A DNA stretch of 49,846 bases from a virus. A program made the translations under genes and the position numbers. Positions 41,708-48,626 of this stretch are shown here, one piece after another. The notes below the pieces were generated by a model. It was not told the DNA's origin, did not search any database, and was given only the letters and a program-made list of their open reading frames with translations. The stretch is from positions 1 to 49,846 of IMG/VR virus record IMGVR_UViG_3300045988_134547; one strand, written 5' to 3'. Each line of letters begins with the position of its first letter. The first letter of the stretch is position 1.

Positions 41708-41729
41708 AAAAAAGCCCCGAAATCGGAGC
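41708..41729 (-). terminator. Intrinsic terminator GCTCCG-attt-CGGGGC-TTTTTT (minus strand)
   Basis: Lies between the lipoprotein gene and the membrane-protein gene. Confidence 0.6.
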
Positions 41730-41857
41730 TCTTATGTAATCGATTGGCTTAGTCCTTGTACCCTCTTTCTTTTGGATACACGGGCTCCTCCGCAAGGAAC
41801 CCGTTCAGATTAAGCCTATCGGCGCCTGAGTATCACAGGCTTGAAATTGTCTTATTG

Positions 41858-41886
41858 ACGATACCACACCTAGACACCCATTGCAA
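41858..41886 (-). promoter_or_regulatory. Candidate promoter TTGCAA-N17-TATCGT (minus strand), ~120-140 nt upstream of terminator 41708-41729
   Basis: The hexamers were read on the minus strand, immediately after the lipoprotein stop. Confidence 0.3.
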
Positions 41887-41892
41887 TAAATG

Positions 41893-42597
41893 CTATTTCT
41901 TAGCCGGTGCTTGCACTTCCTTTAGTTCTCTACCAGGGAATTCTGTAACGGTTACTACCCCACGCCATAGCAGCGCAGAAGCCGCAACATCACTGAGAGT
42001 CATGTAAGCCTGAGTGCGTTCTTTAAAACTCAAATCTTTTAAGTTGTGCAAAGGAACGGTTTTATCACCATCGCCCAAGAAGATGCTAGTAAAGTTGATC
42101 GGCAGATCTTTATTTGTATCGTTTTTAAAGTTTATTCTGACTTTTACATCTTTCGGACCATAAATAGTTGCAGATCTTGTCAACTCATCAAGCTTAGTTT
42201 TTAAATCCTTTCCAATGAAAACATTCATATTCTGGTTATTCTGGGACGACCCGACACATATCTCGTTGTCCGCACAGTCTTTTAACCCTATTCCACCCAC
42301 CTTAAAAGGAATCTGAAACTGAGCAAATGTTGAGTAGCCCTTGCCTCTCTTACAACCTAAATATGTTGCTGAAGGAAATACATAATGGATCTTTTGCTTT
42401 GCTTCTAAGACGGAAGAGCTTTCCAGTTCACTTTTATATTCTTTGCACGCAGGAACTTCAATATCCAACTGAGCAGTCTTAATAACCGGGGCTCCAAAAA
42501 CTTCTGAGTATGTGACTGGCATCGTGATTTCTGAGTCGCATCCAGCCAATAGAAGAGCAGTCAGTCCAACCAGGACAGAAAGGGATTTTTTATTCAT
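41893..42597 (-). CDS. Lipoprotein (moron)
   Basis: ATG at 42597 after AGGAG. Signal peptide MNKKSLSVLVGLTALLLAGC with lipobox L-A-G-C. Confidence 0.7.
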   Translation of the reverse strand: MNKKSLSVLVGLTALLLAGCDSEITMPVTYSEVFGAPVIKTAQLDIEVPACKEYKSELESSSVLEAKQKIHYVFPSATYLGCKRGKGYSTFAQFQIPFKVGGIGLKDCADNEICVGSSQNNQNMNVFIGKDLKTKLDELTRSATIYGPKDVKVRINFKNDTNKDLPINFTSIFLGDGDKTVPLHNLKDLSFKERTQAYMTLSDVAASALLWRGVVTVTEFPGRELKEVQAPAKK

Positions 42598-42705
42598 TTT
42601 CGATCTCCTAGGGTTTTTATGTAATTTTTGAATTTTATCAGGGCAAGTTGAGAAATAATCAGGCGAATATCCCATCTTTACCTGAGACATTCGCACGGTT
42701 TTCCC

Positions 42706-43191
42706 TTATTGTTTTTCTGCTTTAGCCTTTGCCGCTTCATAAGCTCTGAGCCTAAGGGCAAAGAAAACCAAAGATTCCTTAATCCAACCTTCTAGTTTTA
42801 TATCCTTCACTTTCCAGATTTTCCGTCCAGCTCTACGCAGAGCATAATTATTGGAGAACACATAAAGGAGGATGATGTTTTTCGCCGTCTTAACGGTTAG
42901 TCCTCCTTCGCCAATCGTCAAAAATTCGGCTCCGGGCACATCCAAGTATTGCCAAACCAAGTTGAGCAAGTCTGCGTCCCTTTGGTCAACATTCATCCCA
43001 AAATCATCAGATCGATCTTCCGGACCAGAATAATCCTCAGAAAAATCCGTCTTATTTCTCGTCAATGCGAGAGCTCTCTCTACTGCGTAGGCAATTGAGA
43101 CGTTTTTAACAACACGGTCACGATATGCCCGGCGCCAGTTGTCTAAACGAGGTCTGAGATCGTCAATGAGTTTTTGTTCTGTTTCTGTCAT
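42706..43191 (-). CDS. Putative late-gene regulator (Q-type antiterminator-like)
   Basis: It is the last gene of the early-right block. LDNWRRAYRD ... DADLLNLVWQYL ... IILLYVFSNNYALRRAGR loosely follows the pattern of the 82/21-type Q family. This call is weak. Confidence 0.35.
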   Translation of the reverse strand: MTETEQKLIDDLRPRLDNWRRAYRDRVVKNVSIAYAVERALALTRNKTDFSEDYSGPEDRSDDFGMNVDQRDADLLNLVWQYLDVPGAEFLTIGEGGLTVKTAKNIILLYVFSNNYALRRAGRKIWKVKDIKLEGWIKESLVFFALRLRAYEAAKAKAEKQ

Positions 43192-43430
43192 CCAAGAGTC
43201 CTCAAGTAGCTAAACATGCAGTAGAGATAAATAATCCCGAGAGCTGATAGCCCCCAGAACTCAACCTTTTTTCTGAGCTTGTCGCGGTGCTCCAAAAAAT
43301 CCGCAATCTTCTTAGCGACCCAAAGAAGGGCGAAGATTGCCATCACAGAATTGATCCACCAGAAAACAAATGCTTCAACGTTAAAATGCCTGAACATTCC
43401 AACCCCCTCCTTCTTTCTTCGGTTTTTCAA
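43188..43430 (-). CDS. Small two-TM membrane protein
   Basis: The hydrophobic segments are FVFWWINSVMAIFALLWV and GLSALGIIYLYCMF. Confidence 0.45.
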   Translation of the reverse strand: MKNRRKKEGVGMFRHFNVEAFVFWWINSVMAIFALLWVAKKIADFLEHRDKLRKKVEFWGLSALGIIYLYCMFSYLRTLG

Positions 43431-44010
43431 CTTCCATGAAGTGACGGCCTTTCACTGCGCCACCGCGATTTATTGAATACCATATCGCCTGCTTCGTCAC
43501 CCCTAACTCTTTAGCGGCGATTACTGAACTTAAATAGATTTCTTGAGTCTCTATGCACTTAACAGGCTTTCTATTAGCCTTATGAATTTTTGAGAGCTTT
43601 TCTCTGCACAAAGAGCTTGTTTTTTGTCCTTCTCTATTACGAATTTTTGCTAATACAAAATTGTGATTTTCTCGGTTTGTACACCAGCGAAGATTTTCGG
43701 ATTTATTGTTATGTTTATCCCCGTCAATATGATCTACATGATTTCTTTGGTCTGTAAAACCTTTAACAAAAGCAATCGCTACAAGACGATGTATGGCAAA
43801 AATCTTTATTACAGCGTCTTTTGAAAGACTAACGGACAAATAACCGTTTGTTCCTTGACTTTCTTTTAATAATCGTCCTTTAATAAATTTTTTCCTTGGT
43901 TGTCCTTCATTCTCGTAGCTAACTATGCGATCTATAGAACGAACCTTCCCGTAGTTACTAACTTCATAAAATCCTTCATATCCTTGGATTTCTTTCCAAA
44001 TTTCGTTCAT
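43381..44010 (-). CDS. Free-standing HNH homing endonuclease
   Basis: MNEIWKEIQGYEGFYEVSNYGKVRS is NUMOD4-like. HRLVAIAF...VDHIDGDKHNNKSENLRWCTNRENHN is the HNH motif. The gene is visibly AT-rich, has an AGGAGG SD and overlaps the upstream stop (ATGA). Confidence 0.85.
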   Translation of the reverse strand: MNEIWKEIQGYEGFYEVSNYGKVRSIDRIVSYENEGQPRKKFIKGRLLKESQGTNGYLSVSLSKDAVIKIFAIHRLVAIAFVKGFTDQRNHVDHIDGDKHNNKSENLRWCTNRENHNFVLAKIRNREGQKTSSLCREKLSKIHKANRKPVKCIETQEIYLSSVIAAKELGVTKQAIWYSINRGGAVKGRHFMEVEKPKKEGGGWNVQAF

Positions 44011-44369
44011 GGTGCAACCTCCTGAATATCCCATCCGCTGTCTTTTTTACGTCCTTTGGGAAAAACTACATACATGCCGAATGGATAAGCCGTGGCGCAC
44101 ACTTTCATTTTTACTTTACTATCGTCTGACCAAATACGAGGGCTGCCTTTCACATCGTGGAGTTCGACATATCCATTCGGACGTAGAATCATGAAATCAG
44201 GGGTAAACCAGCAAGAACCATTGGCAATTTTTACTTTTATCGACTCAAACCAATAGTCAAGTACGCGCCCTTCGTGTTTTTCTAATTCCAAGTAATCTCG
44301 ATAGGCCGCCTCGGTCCGGTTCATTTCACCGACCTTGAGCCTGCCTTTTGCTTGTAAAAACCTTTTCAT
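44007..44369 (-). CDS. Putative PD-(D/E)XK nuclease (DUF1064 / resolvase-like)
   Basis: ...WFTPDFMILRPNGYVELHDVKG... matches a D...E.K nuclease core. Its position matches that of lambdoid nin-region resolvases. Confidence 0.5.
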   Translation of the reverse strand: MKRFLQAKGRLKVGEMNRTEAAYRDYLELEKHEGRVLDYWFESIKVKIANGSCWFTPDFMILRPNGYVELHDVKGSPRIWSDDSKVKMKVCATAYPFGMYVVFPKGRKKDSGWDIQEVAP

Positions 44370-44705
44370 TTATCCCTCCTGATTGGGTTTGTGTTGTTTG
44401 GTTGAATTCTTTGATGCCGTTTCCAGAACATTAGAGTTCCGCTGAGCGATGATCTGTGCGTGTGAAGGCCAACGCTCAAACTGAGAGAAAAACTCTCTCC
44501 TGCGTTGAATTTGATCGTCTGTTGTGCGTTCGAACTTGGAACAACGAGCAAAGGAGATCGGATAGCACTCTCCCGGGCCTCGAGATTCGTGAAGGCAGAA
44601 AATATTCATGCACCCGAAGCTCGATGCCGGCGGAACATGCTTTTTCCCGTTAGCGTCGACCCAGTACGAAGCTCCGTGAATGCAATAGAGACAGCAGCCG
44701 GTCAT
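44370..44705 (-). CDS. Cys-rich hypothetical protein
   Basis: MTGCCLYCIHG...FGCMNIFCLHE...GECYP...ARC. The ATG at 44705 is preferred over the TTG at 44711. Confidence 0.45.
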   Translation of the reverse strand: MTGCCLYCIHGASYWVDANGKKHVPPASSFGCMNIFCLHESRGPGECYPISFARCSKFERTTDDQIQRRREFFSQFERWPSHAQIIAQRNSNVLETASKNSTKQHKPNQEG

Positions 44706-44707
44706 GA

Positions 44708-44803
44708 TCAATCCTTATTCTGTAGCCACAAAATAAATGCGATTAACAAGGACGCCACGCAGCACATAGAAAGATAAGCAACGTCCTCAAGATCAAAATT
44801 CAT
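44708..44803 (-). CDS. 31-aa hydrophobic peptide (below the ORF-track cutoff)
   Basis: Read by hand: MNFDLEDVAYLSMCCVASLLIAFILWLQNKD. The SD GGAGGGGAG lies upstream. Confidence 0.3.
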   Translation of the reverse strand: MNFDLEDVAYLSMCCVASLLIAFILWLQNKD

Positions 44804-44921
44804 GTCTTTTCTCCCCTCCGATTTCAAACGCCGCCCTCACGAGCAACCCAAACAGCACCAGATTGATAAACACCACCGGCGCCAAAATGATCATCAGCAG
44901 CTGCCATGCACTCTCTGACAT
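44793..44921 (-). CDS. 42-aa single-TM peptide (below the ORF-track cutoff)
   Basis: Read by hand: MSESAWQLLMIILAPVVFINLVLFGLLVRAAFEIGGEKRHEF. It has a strong SD (TAGGAGG) with a 4-nt spacer. Confidence 0.35.
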   Translation of the reverse strand: MSESAWQLLMIILAPVVFINLVLFGLLVRAAFEIGGEKRHEF

Positions 44922-44929
44922 AAAACCTC

Positions 44930-45994
44930 CTAAAAGTAGGGTTCAGGCGCTTGCTCTGACTGCGTTAGCTCCAGCCACGGCCTTACCGGTACACGCGTCC
45001 ACGACGTGCAGAAATTTAGACTGGCGTTATCTCTCCAGAGCTTGATGAACCCCTCCCACGCCCCGTTTCTCTGCTTGCACAAGTTCAGGACAAAATCAGG
45101 CTTGGTGTCATCGACATCCTTTCCCTCTGCCTTTTTCTGAATCTTGGAGATGTCACGAGCCAAGACGAAAACGTTGAATGCAATGTTGGTGATGTTGGAG
45201 CTCCCCTTGATTGATTCCTTCGTTGCAGAATCAAACACCGAATAGTTTTTTGAACCTCCGTCTCCACGCTTCCGACAATGTGCGACCACCACAATGTGGA
45301 CATTGTTGACCTTTGCAAACTCGACCAGTTTTCCCATAACGTAGTCAGTTTCTTTTTTGTCCATATCGTCCCTAACGCACATCATCAGAGAATCGACAAA
45401 GAGGATGTTCGACTTGTAATCGTGGACGGCGGAATCCAGCAGGCGCAGCAGTTCATTAGGCGTGACTTTCCGCTGCAAGTCGCAAATTCGCATTTTTGAG
45501 GCAAATTGTCGAAAAAACAGATCAACATCCGGCGCTTCAATCTTTCGCTTGCCCTGACTGCAAACTGTCTGCATGAGCATGCGTTCAATCGTTCTAACCG
45601 GCGCCATCTCAAAAGAAGCGATGTACAGAGAGGCTCCGCAAGAAATTAGGTGCAGTCCAATCTGCCCCAGCAAAAGAGATTTGCCGGAACCGTTTTCACC
45701 GGCCAATACCGTCAGTTCACCAGGGCGAAATTCAAAATCTATCGGACGCCCGACACAGCCTTCATTCGTTTGAGTGAAGGGAAGCGTGAACTTGGACACA
45801 TGAGTCTTCTTCGCTTCCAAATAGTTCTGAAAATCGTTTTTGAACTCGAGAACGTCCTTGTTGATGAAAAACTCAGGAGACTTGCACGCCCTGCTCTCGT
45901 AGTCTGCGAGCGATGTTTCTATCTCGGCTCCACCCGTCGGATCACCCCAATAGCCATCAAGCTCAGGCGAAACGCTTGTATTTTTTGGATTCAT
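44930..45994 (-). CDS. Replicative helicase-like P-loop ATPase (DnaB C-terminal / RepA-type RecA fold)
   Basis: Walker A is LAGENGSGKSLLLGQ and Walker B is ILFVDSLMM, followed by VVVAHCRK. The first ATG is at 45994. Confidence 0.7.
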   Translation of the reverse strand: MNPKNTSVSPELDGYWGDPTGGAEIETSLADYESRACKSPEFFINKDVLEFKNDFQNYLEAKKTHVSKFTLPFTQTNEGCVGRPIDFEFRPGELTVLAGENGSGKSLLLGQIGLHLISCGASLYIASFEMAPVRTIERMLMQTVCSQGKRKIEAPDVDLFFRQFASKMRICDLQRKVTPNELLRLLDSAVHDYKSNILFVDSLMMCVRDDMDKKETDYVMGKLVEFAKVNNVHIVVVAHCRKRGDGGSKNYSVFDSATKESIKGSSNITNIAFNVFVLARDISKIQKKAEGKDVDDTKPDFVLNLCKQRNGAWEGFIKLWRDNASLNFCTSWTRVPVRPWLELTQSEQAPEPYF

Positions 45995-46403
45995 AGTCAA
46001 ATTTCCATGCAATCAGTTGTTTGTTTTTGAACATCACCGAGACAACAACGGCGGCAGGTAGGGATTTGGGAATTTCGAGCATCCAACGACGGACGGTTTC
46101 TCTGAGTTCGGGTGTATCGTCGACATCGATAAAGTCGATCAGAACAGTCTTGCCTCGGAGAAATTCAGCCTTGATGTGATTGGGTTCGTCGCAGAACGTA
46201 AACAGTATCGTCGGAACCTGAGGACGTCTTCTGGGCAGCACCTCGATTTCATCCTCAAAAATCGCGTCAGCTTGGTAGAGCGCAAGTTCGCTTTCAGTCA
46301 GCCGAGGAAAGAAAACCAGCTGAGTAGTCGTAAAGGCATCAGGATGTTCGTAGAACGTTCTGCCCTGATCATCTCGAACAACGGCAGCAGCGGCAAACAT
46401 CAT
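45963..46403 (-). CDS. Hypothetical replication-module protein
   Basis: 146 aa, overlapping both neighbouring genes. Confidence 0.5.
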   Translation of the reverse strand: MMFAAAAVVRDDQGRTFYEHPDAFTTTQLVFFPRLTESELALYQADAIFEDEIEVLPRRRPQVPTILFTFCDEPNHIKAEFLRGKTVLIDFIDVDDTPELRETVRRWMLEIPKSLPAAVVVSVMFKNKQLIAWKFDYESKKYKRFA

Positions 46404-47560
46404 TTCTGCTCCTTATGGTTCGGGAGGTCCTTAATGTCGAATGCATTCATTCCCGCATGGAGTTTTTCGATGAACATGTCTCTAGCACCGATCGAATACG
46501 TAACGGGAGGAAGTTCTTTGTTGTACTCGGCAGCCGTGACCCAATGAGCATTTGGATCTTTCCAGTCATCCTTAACCCAATCAGCCTTGAACCCCGTCCA
46601 GTTGCGGACCATCATTTCATTGATGACCTCTTCCAACTTCCAACCGGCGGTTTTAGCTTCCTTGCGAAGGAGTGAAACCACTCTTTCCGTTACCGGCGCC
46701 TTCTTTTGCTTTCGATACGCCAAGAAGTCCTGCCAAAACTCGTCAGTCAACTCCTCAGGTTTTTGAAGGCGTTGATCCTTAGCTTCCCTTTTTGGCTTCG
46801 GTTCAACTATTTGCTTTTTGGAAACACTTGTCTCCTGCTCCTTCGGTTCTTCAAGCGGAAGCTCTTCTTCTATGGCTTCGGTTCTTAAAGAAGCAGGCTT
46901 TTCACACACACGCCCCGCGAAACTTTCTGCAACTTCCGGCTGTTTTTCGTTCTTTTCGGTGCGTGTATATGTTTCTTGTTCTTGTTCTTGTTCTTGTTCT
47001 TGGCATCGGAGGGCCTTTGAAGGGGCTTCTATGGGGCTTGATGGGAGCTCTTCTTCCTCTTGTGTCTGAACGCCGAATTCTCGAATTTCGGGTGAAGGAA
47101 TATCCTTGAAGCCAAGATTAAAACACTCGTTATATTCTTTAATAAACAAGTGCTTAAAGTTGTCAGGCATGGATTCGATAGCTGTCCTAATGCCCGTTAC
47201 TCTTTTGTCTGTTGGCTTTAATTCCGGAGCAATCTGGAATAGCGCCATTTTTTTGACGAACACATACTCGCTTTCATAGTCGTAAATGGCGAAATCTTCC
47301 CTTTCAAGGGTCTCCAAAGCCTCTCTAATTCCCTTTAAAGGGCCTTGGAAGGGGCTTGGAAGGGGCACCGAAGGGGCTTCTAACGGAAGACCAGTTTCTG
47401 CTGAGATTTGACACAGCGGACAATAAAAGACTCCGGTCATGTCATTGTTCGGACAAGAGAGCAGATAAGCCGCCACCAATTTGGCCGAAATATCGCCTCT
47501 TAGTTTCCGACCAGTCCTCCCTATCCAGAATTTAGGTGTAATGCTCGAATATTTACGCAT
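46400..47560 (-). CDS. Replication initiator (lambda O-like role) carrying internal iterons
   Basis: It is the first gene after cro. Two clusters of GGGGC-containing ~11-bp-spaced repeats and an AT-richer spacer lie inside the ORF, as with the lambda ori inside O. Confidence 0.6.
   Translation of the reverse strand: MRKYSSITPKFWIGRTGRKLRGDISAKLVAAYLLSCPNNDMTGVFYCPLCQISAETGLPLEAPSVPLPSPFQGPLKGIREALETLEREDFAIYDYESEYVFVKKMALFQIAPELKPTDKRVTGIRTAIESMPDNFKHLFIKEYNECFNLGFKDIPSPEIREFGVQTQEEEELPSSPIEAPSKALRCQEQEQEQEQETYTRTEKNEKQPEVAESFAGRVCEKPASLRTEAIEEELPLEEPKEQETSVSKKQIVEPKPKREAKDQRLQKPEELTDEFWQDFLAYRKQKKAPVTERVVSLLRKEAKTAGWKLEEVINEMMVRNWTGFKADWVKDDWKDPNAHWVTAAEYNKELPPVTYSIGARDMFIEKLHAGMNAFDIKDLPNHKEQK
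46973..47002. repeat. Hexanucleotide microsatellite (TTCTTG)x5, encoding (QE)5 on the minus strand
   Basis: Five perfect tandem units inside the initiator gene. Confidence 0.95.
47009..47049. repeat. Iteron-like cluster A: GGAGGGCC / GAAGGGGC / TATGGGGC / GATGGGAGC at ~10-11-bp spacing
   Basis: Four related G-rich units, each roughly one helical turn apart. Confidence 0.45.
47337..47377. repeat. Iteron-like cluster B: AAAGGGCC / GGAAGGGGC / GGAAGGGGC / CGAAGGGGC at 11-12-bp spacing
   Basis: GGAAGGGGC occurs at 47347-55 and 47358-66, and GAAGGGGC at 47370-77. Confidence 0.5.
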
Positions 47561-47576
47561 TTTTTAGCGCTCCTAT

Positions 47577-47819
47577 TCAAACGGAAGAAATCCGATCGGC
47601 AATAACTCTCTTTGCATCATCCCAAGGAAAATCAGGCCGGAGCTCTTCCATCTTCACTGCACCTTTCGTGAACTGTTCGATTTTTGCGCAGTGACGGGAA
47701 GGAATGGGACGTTCATTCCTAATCCAATTTGAAATATTTGAGGCTGGAACACCTAAATAATCGGCTAATGCCTTCTTGGACGGTGCTCCAGTCAATTCAA
47801 AAAATTCAGCAAGTTTCAT
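47577..47819 (-). CDS. cro: Cro / YdaS-type HTH regulator
   Basis: MKLAEFFELTGAPSKKALADYLGVPASNISNWIRNERPIPSRHCAKIEQFT. It is divergent from the repressor. Confidence 0.75.
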   Translation of the reverse strand: MKLAEFFELTGAPSKKALADYLGVPASNISNWIRNERPIPSRHCAKIEQFTKGAVKMEELRPDFPWDDAKRVIADRISSV

Positions 47820-47830
47820 AAAAACCACCA

Positions 47831-47892
47831 TTACCTATTTGGTTAGATTTTATCATTATCTAATTGGTAAGTGTCAATTATCAATTTGGTAA
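47831..47892. promoter_or_regulatory. OR-like switch: operators TTACCtatttGGTTA (47831-45), TTATCtaattGGTAA (47856-70) and TTATCaatttGGTAA (47878-92), with divergent promoters
   Basis: Three 15-bp inverted repeats have centres 25 and 22 bp apart. The minus-strand promoter is TTGACA (47872-77), 17-nt spacer, GATAAA (47849-54). The plus-strand candidate is TTGGTA (47865-70), 18-nt spacer, GGTAAT (47889-94). Confidence 0.65.
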
Positions 47893-47913
47893 TCTGTGCC
47901 TAAGGAGATAACT

Positions 47914-48606
47914 ATGAAAACAGTTGCTGAAATTCGTCGAGACAACTTAAACACGCTCGTTAGTAGAGCTGGTTCCCTTGCGGAGCTAAACGAACAATTG
48001 GGCAGGAAACGAAATCATCCGTCGCTCGGCCAGATAAGAAACCGATCTGATAGAGGAAATGGAACGTTTTATGAAATGGGCGATAAGCTTGCCCGTGACA
48101 TCGAAGAAAAATTAGGTCTCAGTTATGGCTGGATGGATACCAACCACACTCCGGACGATTGGCCAGATGACAACATCATCAACTTAAAAAGAATCAACAT
48201 CCAAGCCTGCTGCGGGTCAGCTGGCGTCCAGAATTACGAGGATGATGCCTTCGTTGAACAAATCCAGGTCTCACGTCCTTGGTTCCAAGAAAACATTAGC
48301 AAGATTAGAGAGCAAGGGTACGAACTCATAACCGCCTCTGGGGACTCCATGGAGCCAACATTTAGAAATGGCGATTTGATTGTGGTTGACCGTCAGGACA
48401 GAGATCTTAAACGGGACGGTGTTTTCTGCGTTCTCGTTGATGGAGACCTGTACGTGAAACGCGTTCAACGCATCCCCGGGGCCGTTCTCTTTATTTCCGA
48501 TAACTCCCTTTACAGACCGTTCGAAATTCCGCTTAAAGAAGTCGAATTTAGACTACAAGTCCTGGGACGTGTCGTGAATTCAATGAATCTTAAAAGATAC
48601 GATTAA
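47914..48606 (+). CDS. cI: CI-type repressor (HTH plus S24 LexA-like peptidase domain)
   Basis: The C-terminal domain carries GDSMEPTFRNGDLIVVD...LYVKRV (Ser/Lys dyad pattern). ATG at 47914 with AAGGAG. Confidence 0.9.
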   Translation: MKTVAEIRRDNLNTLVSRAGSLAELNEQLGRKRNHPSLGQIRNRSDRGNGTFYEMGDKLARDIEEKLGLSYGWMDTNHTPDDWPDDNIINLKRINIQACCGSAGVQNYEDDAFVEQIQVSRPWFQENISKIREQGYELITASGDSMEPTFRNGDLIVVDRQDRDLKRDGVFCVLVDGDLYVKRVQRIPGAVLFISDNSLYRPFEIPLKEVEFRLQVLGRVVNSMNLKRYD

Positions 48607-48626
48607 ACAAAACTGAGGTGTCAACC

